Below are positions 8,660 through 16,645 of a stretch of 64,000 bases of DNA, in pieces (position 1 is the first letter of the stretch; the number at the start of each line of letters is the position of its first letter). The stretch lies in IMG/VR virus record IMGVR_UViG_3300045911_000602. The stretch is one strand, 5' to 3'. Origin of the DNA: a virus. The translations under genes and the position numbers were made by a program. The notes beneath the pieces are model-generated. The model was not told where the DNA came from. It saw only the letters and a program-made list of their open reading frames with translations, and did not search any database.

Positions 8660-9443
8660 CGCTATGTCTCATTGCATCTTTGAAGGTGTCAATGCAATAA
8701 AGAATTTCTTCAACACGAAATTGATAATCAACGTTGCCGATTGGTCGAAATTCAAAATAACGTTTTGTTTTTGAAAATGTATTTCTGTCCGCTACGAAAA
8801 CTGCTTTATCTTTTCTTTGTAGATGAGTCGTCATCATGTTGTCAAGTATATTAATCAAGCCTCGACGATATGCTTTTGCTAAGTCTTGATCTGATAAGTT
8901 AAGAATGTTCAATAACTTCTTGAAAGAATAACTTTTTACTTCGAAGAAGTCAACGCTTGCTGTACGAAGCAAGTAGTCAATTCTTTCATTGAGAGAGATC
9001 TCGAGGCAATACTTGTTGGTTGTTCTATCAAATAACTTCAGTATTTCACGCTGCGGAAGACGTTGAACAAGTAACGGATAGGAAACACGTGAATTCATTT
9101 CACGTTTTGCAAAAGACATGTTGACGTGAAGACCGCATGTATAATCAGTCTTGCAATATTGTTGCATCCACATAAGGATTGCTTCGAGTTGATCGATTGC
9201 TTCATTTTCTAGCAATGGGCGCGTGATAAGTTCACAGCATGCACGGCCTTCTTTTTCATAGGATTTTAAATGACGAATCGAATCGTCATCTTCAATACGA
9301 AGATGGTCAATCCAGTCTTCACCAATCGATTTGCGAAGATGTCGCCGAATACCTGAGAATGTGGGGGTCCCTTTCGGACCCACACATTCAAATTCAAAAC
9401 CTATGTTGAACTTATCTTTGATGTCGTGAGTCGTCATATTCAA
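8652..9443 (-). CDS. hypothetical protein (263 aa), with a weak resemblance to amidoligase-type enzymes
   Basis: The GFEFEC and CGLHVNMS blocks recall the ExE / GxHxH signature of the Amidoligase_2 family. This is from memory only. Confidence 0.6.
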   Translation of the reverse strand: MNMTTHDIKDKFNIGFEFECVGPKGTPTFSGIRRHLRKSIGEDWIDHLRIEDDDSIRHLKSYEKEGRACCELITRPLLENEAIDQLEAILMWMQQYCKTDYTCGLHVNMSFAKREMNSRVSYPLLVQRLPQREILKLFDRTTNKYCLEISLNERIDYLLRTASVDFFEVKSYSFKKLLNILNLSDQDLAKAYRRGLINILDNMMTTHLQRKDKAVFVADRNTFSKTKRYFEFRPIGNVDYQFRVEEILYCIDTFKDAMRHSVV

Positions 9444-9600
9444 AACCGGATTGTACTACAAAGTCGATTTGTAGATCATCTCCATAAATTTCATCAAATT
9501 TATCAAAGGCTTCTGAATGAGTGTTAGCGTGAATTGTTACAATTTTATCATTACCGTTTGAATCAAAACAATAAACCAACCACATCTTTTGTTCAGACAT
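9412..9600 (-). CDS. hypothetical protein (62 aa)
   Basis: ORF immediately downstream of tRNA-Leu. Confidence 0.5.
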   Translation of the reverse strand: MSEQKMWLVYCFDSNGNDKIVTIHANTHSEAFDKFDEIYGDDLQIDFVVQSGFEYDDSRHQR

Positions 9601-9620
9601 TCAATTACTCCCGGTTGTTG

Positions 9621-9705
9621 TGGTGCTCGTGGCCAGACTCGAACTGGCATGGCATGTGCCGATGGATTTTAAGTCCATTGTGTCTACCAATTTCACCACA
9701 CGAGC
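9621..9705 (-). tRNA. tRNA-Leu(UAA), class II, CCA encoded
   Basis: Folded by hand. Acceptor GCUCGUG/CACGAGC; anticodon arm AUGGA-CUUAAAA-UCCAU; long variable arm; T-arm GCCAG-UUCGAGU-CUGGC; ACCA end. Confidence 0.9.
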
Positions 9706-9727
9706 ATTAAACTCAGACATAGATGAA

Positions 9728-9757
9728 ATTATAACAGACTACTTACCTATTTGTCAA
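9728..9757 (-). promoter_or_regulatory. sigma70-type promoter: TTGACA, 18-nt spacer, TATAAT, upstream of tRNA-Leu
   Basis: -10 at 9728-9733 and -35 at 9752-9757 on the minus strand. Confidence 0.5.
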
Positions 9758-9758
9758 C

Positions 9759-10592
9759 TCACACTTCTACAAGAGCAATCTCGTAACGATCGTTTGCACT
9801 ACGCTCATGTCCAACATATCCACGTGGATTACATATCACGCGTGTAGCACCAATCATGTAATCAAACGGTGTATGTACATGGCCATGCGTCCACAATGCA
9901 ATCCTTGAAAAATTCATAATGAAATCATCAAGATCACTCTTAAATGCACCATTTAGCATCGTTTGGTTAGCATACTTTGGGTGAATGCTTCGGTTAGAAG
10001 GAGCATGATGCGTGCAAACAACAGCACACCGTCCTTTCTCTTCATTTAATCGATCAAAAATGTATTTCTTCGTCTTCTCAAATAGAGCAACAGTATGATG
10101 TGTGCGAAGCATACACTCTTCACCTGCAACGCGAATCATCCGATAATCGGCTATTAAACGATAAAGTTGCAGCATTGTAAGCGGATCATGTCGGTTGCAA
10201 TCAGTCCAGAGTGTACTACCGATGAAATGCACATCATTGATGATGATATCTTCCATCTCAAGAAGATGGATGTTGGGAAACACGCTAACTTCTTTGCGAA
10301 GAATTTCAAACGTTTGTTCCCATGTGCCATGATAATATTCATGATTTCCCATTATGTAGATTACATGTGGGAAACGCTCGCTACATCGTTGAAAGAACTG
10401 ACGATACGATTTAGCTGCAAGTTGACGTCGATTTTGATTATCAGGAAGCAATTGTTGTGATGCAGGAAAATCATGGAGATCTGCTGCAATACAAATATCA
10501 CCGCCTAGTACAAGTACATCAATTTCTTGGTCGTTTTGAAGATCAAGATCACCAAACTCAAGATGAAGATCGCTTACAACGCCAACTTTCAT
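9759..10592 (-). CDS. calcineurin-like metallophosphoesterase
   Basis: Motifs SDLHLEF, LGGDI, GNHEYY, THHAP and GHVHTP in canonical order. Confidence 0.85.
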   Translation of the reverse strand: MKVGVVSDLHLEFGDLDLQNDQEIDVLVLGGDICIAADLHDFPASQQLLPDNQNRRQLAAKSYRQFFQRCSERFPHVIYIMGNHEYYHGTWEQTFEILRKEVSVFPNIHLLEMEDIIINDVHFIGSTLWTDCNRHDPLTMLQLYRLIADYRMIRVAGEECMLRTHHTVALFEKTKKYIFDRLNEEKGRCAVVCTHHAPSNRSIHPKYANQTMLNGAFKSDLDDFIMNFSRIALWTHGHVHTPFDYMIGATRVICNPRGYVGHERSANDRYEIALVEV

Positions 10593-10621
10593 TGTTACTT
10601 TCCAAATAAGATAGTCCGTGA

Positions 10622-10650
10622 ATTATACGGACTATCTATCGTTTTATCAA
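10622..10650 (-). promoter_or_regulatory. sigma70-type promoter: TTGATA, 17-nt spacer, TATAAT, embedded in a 10-bp-arm inverted repeat (10610-10636)
   Basis: -10 at 10622-10627 and -35 at 10645-10650. The inverted repeat is GATAGTCCGT-N7-ACGGACTATC. Confidence 0.55.
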
Positions 10651-10664
10651 CGATTTTCAAAATT

Positions 10665-10977
10665 TGGTGGGCCCAGCAGGACTCGAACCTGCGACCCAGC
10701 GATTATTCGTTTACTTACTCGATTTTCTGTAAGTATGTGTTTGTGAATGATAAAACAGGACGAAATCAAACTGCATGTGATTATACGTTTCCTTCACAAA
10801 CACATGGTTGCCATCTTAGCAGCAGAACTTACATCCTCCATCTCGTAATTTACGAATTTCTCTTTTTGTCGCCATTGGCTCCCAAAGCATTCCTTTGGGA
10901 GCCATCTTAGACAAGAACACAGTTTATCATCTGTGTTCAAAAGAGTCGCTCGCTCTAACCATCTGAGCTATAGGCCC
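10665..10977 (-). tRNA. split tRNA gene: canonical 5' and 3' halves separated by about 236 nt inside the anticodon loop. The mature anticodon is most plausibly CAU (Ile2/Met-like) or CUU (Lys).
   Basis: 5' half: GGGCCUAUAGCUCAGAUGGUUAGAGCGAGCGACUC.. (10977 downward). 3' half: ..AAUAAUCGCUGGGUCGCAGGUUCGAGUCCUGCUGGGCCCACCA (ends at 10665). Acceptor, D, anticodon (AGCGA/UCGCU) and T stems all pair. Confidence 0.75.
10708..10943 (-). other. intervening sequence in the tRNA anticodon loop: an intron candidate or a small inserted element. Boundaries are good to +/-3 nt.
   Basis: Contains perfect helices of 8 bp (GAACACAG/CUGUGUUC), 11 bp (GGCUCCCAAAG/CUUUGGGAGCC), 13 bp (AUGUGUUUGUGAA/UUCACAAACACAU) and 6 bp (ACUUAC/GUAAGU). 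CUAAGAUGGC occurs twice. Confidence 0.6.
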
Positions 10978-11018
10978 AAATTTATCTAACAGTACTTATT
11001 TACTGCGACCTAACAATA

Positions 11019-11273
11019 CTATTCGTATTCCTCTTCATCTTCCGAAACGATTGGTTCTACCGAAGAAGCGTCACAAACAATATTGGTAATGAACATTGAA
11101 CACTTTTCGTCCCATACACCACCAACAAGCTTGACAATATAGACCAACCGTGCTTCATTACTTTCGTTGAGAACACAATGTCCAATAATTGTTCCAAGTG
11201 CATCTCCTGTAATCGTTGATTTTACTTTCATACCTACGGGAAGTGCACTAATCGTCATCGACTTAAATTCCAT
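11019..11273 (-). CDS. hypothetical protein (84 aa)
   Basis: ORF with its own promoter. Confidence 0.65.
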   Translation of the reverse strand: MEFKSMTISALPVGMKVKSTITGDALGTIIGHCVLNESNEARLVYIVKLVGGVWDEKCSMFITNIVCDASSVEPIVSEDEEEYE

Positions 11274-11313
11274 TGTTCGTCCTCAAAGATTAATTAATCA
11301 CGTCATGAAATAC

Positions 11314-11342
11314 ATTCTACAGAATTTGTTTGTTTCTGTCAA
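11314..11342 (-). promoter_or_regulatory. sigma70-type promoter: TTGACA, 17-nt spacer, TAGAAT
   Basis: -10 at 11314-11319 and -35 at 11337-11342 on the minus strand. Confidence 0.55.
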
Positions 11343-11599
11343 CTATTATTATTGTGCAGAAGAAGAGCAAGAAGAAGCATCGCGATTACTTCATCCATTT
11401 TGTTGAGAGGATCGACAGCATTGGCTATAATTGCTCCGTCAACAAAACTTTGAACATAAGAAGGTTGGAATAAACTATTGATTCCTTGATACAATTGGAT
11501 ACCCGACGCACCAAACAAAGACTGCGTGGGTGTGTTTCCGAGTGTTACCTTATCAACAACACCTGTTGATTTTTCAATCTGAAATTTCGTCATCTTCAT
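11339..11599 (-). CDS. hypothetical protein (86 aa), hydrophobic C-terminus
   Basis: ORF only. Confidence 0.5.
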   Translation of the reverse strand: MKMTKFQIEKSTGVVDKVTLGNTPTQSLFGASGIQLYQGINSLFQPSYVQSFVDGAIIANAVDPLNKMDEVIAMLLLALLLHNNNS

Positions 11600-11816
11600 T
11601 CGTTAGTTGATCGGAAGATTTCTTAAAGTGTATCGATTCAAAGATCTTATATGCTCTATCAGCACGAAGATTGTGCAAGCACATAATTGCTCGAAGAGAT
11701 TCAATCAGTTCCTTCTTGGAAGGGGTCTTCCTGTTAATTTGGTCAATCAACAGTTCAATATCGCTCGAAGTCCCCCATACTCCCACAAGTGCTGCTTCAA
11801 GTTCGTACTTGTCCAT
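11574..11816 (-). CDS. hypothetical protein (80 aa)
   Basis: ORF only. Confidence 0.55.
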   Translation of the reverse strand: MDKYELEAALVGVWGTSSDIELLIDQINRKTPSKKELIESLRAIMCLHNLRADRAYKIFESIHFKKSSDQLTNEDDEISD

Positions 11817-11818
11817 AA

Positions 11819-12136
11819 TTACACCTTCCTTCCCATTGTCTTAAAATCAGCTTCGTCGGTAATTACTTGATATGCTCCCTTATTACTGATTGGAGCAATT
11901 GTGTGCCTTACGGAACGAGCATCATTATCTCGTTTTTGTAAGATTGGGTCAACATATTTTTTTTCCTGCTTTTTGAATGCATTCCCAATACCTTCGCCAA
12001 CAGATATATGAGAAGCACGTTCCTTACGATATTCAGCCATTCTCATATTCGTTGGTGGTACATACACTTTTTTGGATACCTCCCGCTTAGGTTGCTTGCA
12101 GGAGCGGGGAGGTATCCATCCTCGAATAATGCTCAT
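11819..12136 (-). CDS. hypothetical protein (105 aa)
   Basis: ORF only. Confidence 0.6.
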   Translation of the reverse strand: MSIIRGWIPPRSCKQPKREVSKKVYVPPTNMRMAEYRKERASHISVGEGIGNAFKKQEKKYVDPILQKRDNDARSVRHTIAPISNKGAYQVITDEADFKTMGRKV

Positions 12137-12215
12137 AAATTATTGGTCGTTCTTCGGACGACCGGCTCCAATGTACCGAAATTCAGAACTAACTACAGAG
12201 CACATTATACGGACA

Positions 12216-12845
12216 TTACGGTTGTAGGTCAACTACTTTTTTCTTTCGACCGCGCGCGCTTTTTTCGTGAAAAAGTTGAACACCAGTTTCTTTCTCGTAT
12301 TCCTTGCGGACATTGTGCTCGTAGGTTGTGGCACCTGCTCTACTCATTTTGCACTGCTGCATTAGTTGTTCGATAAAATCTTTCTTCGACATTTTTTTAT
12401 CAACGACAAGCTCTTTAAAAAGTTGCTTTGCAATCAGAGCTTTACCGCCCTTCTTAATCTTGCCATTTTCATTTATAACAACCGAAACGCCAGCAATCTC
12501 CTGTGTTTCATGTTGTTGGAGTTGGTTCTCTGCAACATAGATATATTGTAGTGCAGGATTGTTTCGATATTGTTCAACACGTTTATGAGCTAATTCGAGT
12601 GCTTTTTCAGGCACAAAAGTCTCCTTCTGAAGAATAGCATTTTCCACAACGCTCTGTGCAATGTGCAGAGCATCGATGTTACTTTCTACATCGATCATTT
12701 CGCCAGTAATTTCACTAATAATCCGCAGTGCTTCGCTTTTTGGCGAAGGCGAAGTCTCTACACGCTGCCGTACATCTTGTACAGCACGAATAACAGAAGT
12801 TGTTGAAATATCAAGACGTTCAAGTATCCGAAAACTCTCTAGCAT
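12216..12845 (-). CDS. hypothetical protein (209 aa) with HTH-like motif MSRAGATTYEHNVRKEY and a basic tail
   Basis: ORF with the shared motif described for 7436..7756. Confidence 0.7.
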   Translation of the reverse strand: MLESFRILERLDISTTSVIRAVQDVRQRVETSPSPKSEALRIISEITGEMIDVESNIDALHIAQSVVENAILQKETFVPEKALELAHKRVEQYRNNPALQYIYVAENQLQQHETQEIAGVSVVINENGKIKKGGKALIAKQLFKELVVDKKMSKKDFIEQLMQQCKMSRAGATTYEHNVRKEYEKETGVQLFHEKSARGRKKKVVDLQP

Positions 12846-12859
12846 TAGAGCTTCTCCAT

Positions 12860-13285
12860 TTAAAGGACAGGAATTTGTTCATGAGGCCATTTTTCTTTCA
12901 CAAGATGTGCTTGGAGATCTTGCACGGACAAAAACGTCTTTTTTATATCCCAATACGTCTTGTGCCAATATGGCTTCGTTGTTTTTAGTTGTCGCATTTC
13001 TTTCAGTCGACGAATTTCCACATCACTGAACTTTCGGTCAAACTGTGTTGCAGTGATATCAATCACATAATGTTTGTACGTCAAAAACACGTGGTTATGA
13101 TTGTAACGAATCTTGACATCATATCCACGTTTAACGCATTCCACAAACAACATCGAAGATGCGATTGCACAAAATCCTGTTAGATCTTTACAAAAGCAGG
13201 AATCGTATTCTTCATCGAGCTTACAAATAAGCTTTTCACGAATTTCGTGAGCGATTTGTTCGATGTGTTGAAGTGTTGTATTCAT
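12860..13285 (-). CDS. hypothetical protein (141 aa)
   Basis: ORF whose promoter cassette ends only 8 nt before the ATG. Confidence 0.7.
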   Translation of the reverse strand: MNTTLQHIEQIAHEIREKLICKLDEEYDSCFCKDLTGFCAIASSMLFVECVKRGYDVKIRYNHNHVFLTYKHYVIDITATQFDRKFSDVEIRRLKEMRQLKTTKPYWHKTYWDIKKTFLSVQDLQAHLVKEKWPHEQIPVL

Positions 13286-13293
13286 ATGTGAGC

Positions 13294-13321
13294 ATTATAC
13301 AGGAATTTAGTTAAAAGACAA
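13294..13321 (-). promoter_or_regulatory. promoter cassette: TTGTCT, 16-nt spacer, TATAAT
   Basis: -10 at 13294-13299 and -35 at 13316-13321. Same 40-bp cassette as the MORN genes. Confidence 0.6.
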
Positions 13322-13327
13322 CTGTTT

Positions 13328-13750
13328 TTAACTAAACTTCAGAATCATATGTAGTTTTTCTTCATCGCTCAATTTCAGCTTCTTCAACCACTCATCAAAA
13401 CTATACTCAACACCATTCAAGAACCATTCACGTGTCCCATCAGCGTTGATAACAGCAGGTCCATCCTCACGATGGAGTTCTCCGTTCACATACCAGAACT
13501 TAGAACCATCATCGAGAACAGATGCAGGTCCATCTTCGCGGTGATATTTCCCGTGCTTGTACCAACGTTCAACACCGTCAGCATAGATAACGGCAGGTCC
13601 ATTTTCGCGATGAAATTTTCCATTGAACAACCAATACTGAGAACCATCGCTGCGAATAAATGCAGGTCCATCTTCGCGATGGAGTTTTCTGTTCAGGTAC
13701 CAAAACTGATTGCCTTCAGAATCTACGATTTGTTGAATCTCAGCATTCAT
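13328..13750 (-). CDS. MORN-repeat protein, paralog 1 (4 repeats plus conserved C-terminal tail)
   Basis: 23-aa repeat W[YF]LNGK[LF]HREDGPA. Start moved to the conserved MNAEI ATG behind an AGGAAC RBS. Confidence 0.85.
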   Translation of the reverse strand: MNAEIQQIVDSEGNQFWYLNRKLHREDGPAFIRSDGSQYWLFNGKFHRENGPAVIYADGVERWYKHGKYHREDGPASVLDDGSKFWYVNGELHREDGPAVINADGTREWFLNGVEYSFDEWLKKLKLSDEEKLHMILKFS

Positions 13751-13785
13751 GGCATCTGTTCCTGTCTTGTCGTACAAGATTGCGC

Positions 13786-13813
13786 ATTATACAGGAATTT
13801 GGGTTAAAGACAA
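13786..13813 (-). promoter_or_regulatory. MORN promoter cassette: TTGTCT, 16-nt spacer, TATAAT
   Basis: -10 at 13786-13791 and -35 at 13808-13813. Confidence 0.6.
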
Positions 13814-13819
13814 CAGTTT

Positions 13820-14302
13820 TCAACCAAACTTGAGAATCAAGTGCAGCTTCTCTTCTTCACTAAAATTGCTTTTCTCTAACCATTGATTAAAGGAATATTT
13901 AACATCATCCAGGTACCATTCAACAGAACCGTCGGCACAAACAATGCCAGGTCCATCTTCGCGATGGAGCTTCCCATGCAGGTACCAAAGTTGTGTTCCA
14001 TCAGCTAAAATACTTGCAGGTCCATCTTCACGATGAAATTTTCCGTTCAAGTACCAAATTTGTGTCCCATTGCCATAGATGGCTGCAGGTCCATTAACAC
14101 GGTGGAGTTCTCCATGTAGATACCATAGCTCAACCCCACCCGGGTCGATAAAGGCAGGACCATCTTCTCGATGCCGCTTTCCATTTAGGTACCATTCTTC
14201 GGTACCGTCAGCATAGATAACAGCAGGTCCATCTTGCCGATGGAATTTTCCATTCAAGTACCAGAATTGATTCCCACCGATATTTACGACTCGTGGATTC
14301 AT
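13820..14302 (-). CDS. MORN-repeat protein, paralog 2 (5 repeats plus tail)
   Basis: Same repeat and the tail SFNQWLEKSNFSEEEKLHLILKFG. Confidence 0.85.
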   Translation of the reverse strand: MNPRVVNIGGNQFWYLNGKFHRQDGPAVIYADGTEEWYLNGKRHREDGPAFIDPGGVELWYLHGELHRVNGPAAIYGNGTQIWYLNGKFHREDGPASILADGTQLWYLHGKLHREDGPGIVCADGSVEWYLDDVKYSFNQWLEKSNFSEEEKLHLILKFG

Positions 14303-14346
14303 GGTCTTTATGGCATCTGTTCCTGTCTTGCTAAATTATGTTCAGC

Positions 14347-14374
14347 ATTATACAGGAATTTGGGTAAAAGACAA
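14347..14374 (-). promoter_or_regulatory. MORN promoter cassette: TTGTCT, 16-nt spacer, TATAAT
   Basis: -10 at 14347-14352 and -35 at 14369-14374. Confidence 0.6.
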
Positions 14375-14380
14375 CTGCTT

Positions 14381-15010
14381 TTAACCAAATTTTAGAATCA
14401 AGTGCAGCTTCTCTTCTTCACTAAAATTGCTTTTCTCTAACCATTGATTAAAGGAATATTTAACATCATCCAGGTACCATTCTTTGGAACCATTAGTATT
14501 AATAATAGCAGGTCCATCAACACGATGGTGTTTTCCGTTCAAGTACCAAAGTTGCGTCCCATCAGCATTGATAACAGCAGGTCCATCTTCGCGATGAAGC
14601 TTTCCGTTCAAGTACCAGAACTGAGAACCATTACTATAGATAGCAGCAGGTCCGTCTTCCCGATGAAGTTTTCCATTCAAGTACCAATACTTGGTACCAT
14701 TATTATGGATAACAGCAGGTCCATCTATACGATGTCGCTTTCCATACAAGTACCAATACTGAGAACCATCACTATCAATAACAGCAGGTCCATTTTCTCG
14801 ATGTCGTTGTCCATTTAGATACCATTCTTCGAAACCATCACTATCAATAACAGCAGGTCCATTTTCTCGATGAAGTTTTCCATTCAGGAACCATTGTTCA
14901 AAACCGTAGCTATAGATAGCTGCAGGTCCATCCTCACGATGAAGCTTTCCGTTCAAATACCAGAACTGATCGCCTTTCGAATTTACAACGTATTCAATCT
15001 CAGTGTTCAT
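14381..15010 (-). CDS. MORN-repeat protein, paralog 3 (7 repeats plus tail)
   Basis: Repeat consensus; MNTEIEYVV start. Confidence 0.85.
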   Translation of the reverse strand: MNTEIEYVVNSKGDQFWYLNGKLHREDGPAAIYSYGFEQWFLNGKLHRENGPAVIDSDGFEEWYLNGQRHRENGPAVIDSDGSQYWYLYGKRHRIDGPAVIHNNGTKYWYLNGKLHREDGPAAIYSNGSQFWYLNGKLHREDGPAVINADGTQLWYLNGKHHRVDGPAIINTNGSKEWYLDDVKYSFNQWLEKSNFSEEEKLHLILKFG

Positions 15011-15045
15011 GGCATCTGTTCCTGTCTTGCTAAATTATGTTCAGC

Positions 15046-15073
15046 ATTATACAGGAATTTGGGTAAAAGACAA
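15046..15073 (-). promoter_or_regulatory. MORN promoter cassette: TTGTCT, 16-nt spacer, TATAAT
   Basis: -10 at 15046-15051 and -35 at 15068-15073. Confidence 0.6.
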
Positions 15074-15079
15074 CTGCTT

Positions 15080-15778
15080 TTAAGCAAGCTTGAGAATTAA
15101 GTGCAGCTTCTCTTCTTCATTCAAGTTCAATTTCTGTAACCATTCATTGAATGAAAATTTTTTATTATTTAAAAACCACTCCCTAGAACCATCACTATAG
15201 ATGATTGCAGGTCCATTGTTGTGATGAAGTTTTCCATTCAAGTACCAATACTTGGTACCATCACTGTCAATAATGGCAGGTCCATCTACCCGATGTCGTT
15301 TTCCATTCAAGTACCATTCTTCGGTACCGTCAGCATAGATGACAGCAGGTCCATCTTCACGATGTTGTTTTCCATTCAAGTACCAATACTTGGTACCATT
15401 ATTATGGATAACTGCAGGTCCATCTTCTCGGTGGAGTTTTCCATTCAAGTACCAATACTTGGTACCATCACTGTCAATAATGGCAGGTCCATCTACCCGA
15501 TGTCGTTTTCCATTCAAGTACCATTCTTCAGAATCATCATTATACACAATCGCAGATCCATCTTCCCGATGAAGCTTTCCGTTCAAGTACCAGAACTGAG
15601 AACCATTGCTATAGATAATTGCAGGTCCATCTTCCCGATGGAGTTTTCCATTTAAATACCAGAACTGAGAACCATTGCTATAGATAGCAGCAGGTCCATC
15701 TTCCCGATGAAGATTTTTATTCGAGTACCAGTACTGATTGCCTTCAGAATCTACAACGCGTCGGATCTCAGTATTCAT
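15080..15778 (-). CDS. MORN-repeat protein, paralog 4 (8 repeats plus tail)
   Basis: Repeat consensus; MNTEIRRVV start. Confidence 0.85.
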   Translation of the reverse strand: MNTEIRRVVDSEGNQYWYSNKNLHREDGPAAIYSNGSQFWYLNGKLHREDGPAIIYSNGSQFWYLNGKLHREDGSAIVYNDDSEEWYLNGKRHRVDGPAIIDSDGTKYWYLNGKLHREDGPAVIHNNGTKYWYLNGKQHREDGPAVIYADGTEEWYLNGKRHRVDGPAIIDSDGTKYWYLNGKLHHNNGPAIIYSDGSREWFLNNKKFSFNEWLQKLNLNEEEKLHLILKLA

Positions 15779-15813
15779 GGCACCTGTCCCTGTCTTGCTA
15801 AATTATGTTCAGC

Positions 15814-15841
15814 ATTATACAGGGATCTCATTTAAAGAGAA
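15814..15841 (-). promoter_or_regulatory. MORN promoter cassette with a weaker -35: TTCTCT, 16-nt spacer, TATAAT
   Basis: -10 at 15814-15819 and -35 at 15836-15841. Confidence 0.5.
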
Positions 15842-16544
15842 GTGGGTTTTGACTAAACTTTTCAATCAAGTGTTGTTTTTGTTCTTTGCTGAGTTTCAAC
15901 TTCTTCAACCATTCATTAAAGGAAAGTTTAACATTATCCAAGTACCAATAAATGGATCCATCAGAGTTGATAACAGCAGGTCCATCTTCGCGGTGAAGGT
16001 TTCCATTCAGGTACCACACTTCGGAACCATCATTATACACAATCGCAGGTCCATCTTCGCGATGGAGTTTTCCATTCAAATACCAGAACTTAGAACCATT
16101 GCTATAGATAATTGCAGGTCCATCTTCCCGATGGAGTTTCCCGTTCAAGTACCATTCTTCGAAACGGTTTCTATAGACAACTGCAGGTCCATTTTCCCGA
16201 TGAAGCTTCCCGTGCAAGTACCAATACTTGGTACCATCACTATACACAATCGCAGGTCCATCTTCACGATGTCGTTGTCCATTCAAGTACCAGAACTTAG
16301 AACCATTGTCAATAATGGCAGGTCCATCTTCCCGATGAAGTTTTCCGTTCAAATACCAATGCTCATTACCGTTACGATACACAATCGCGGGTCCATCTTC
16401 ACGATGAAGTTCCCCGTTCAAGTACCAGATCTGAGAACCATTGCTATAGATAGCTGCAGGTCCATCCTCACGATGAAGTTTTCCATTCAAATACCAGTAC
16501 TGATCGCCTTTCGAATTTACAACGTATTCAATCTCAGTGTTCAT
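15828..16544 (-). CDS. MORN-repeat protein, paralog 5 (8 repeats, variant tail ending NPLLFK)
   Basis: Start moved to the conserved MNTEI ATG at 16544. Confidence 0.85.
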   Translation of the reverse strand: MNTEIEYVVNSKGDQYWYLNGKLHREDGPAAIYSNGSQIWYLNGELHREDGPAIVYRNGNEHWYLNGKLHREDGPAIIDNGSKFWYLNGQRHREDGPAIVYSDGTKYWYLHGKLHRENGPAVVYRNRFEEWYLNGKLHREDGPAIIYSNGSKFWYLNGKLHREDGPAIVYNDGSEVWYLNGNLHREDGPAVINSDGSIYWYLDNVKLSFNEWLKKLKLSKEQKQHLIEKFSQNPLLFK

Positions 16545-16579
16545 GGCATCTGTTCCTGTCTTAGCACACAAGATTGAGC

Positions 16580-16607
16580 ATTATACGGGGATTTGGGTAA
16601 AAGACAA
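16580..16607 (-). promoter_or_regulatory. MORN promoter cassette: TTGTCT, 16-nt spacer, TATAAT
   Basis: -10 at 16580-16585 and -35 at 16602-16607. Confidence 0.6.
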
Positions 16608-16645
16608 CTGCTTTACGATATCGTTTTCCGTTCGAGTATCAATAC

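Noticed and set aside
10527-10910. A 127-aa plus-strand ORF covering the tRNA 3' half and most of the intervening sequence. It could be an intron-encoded protein.
   Set aside because: It is on the strand opposite to the tRNA and starts inside the upstream CDS. It also runs through the tRNA exon and has antisense-like composition. The insert, at 236 nt, is too short to encode a homing endonuclease.
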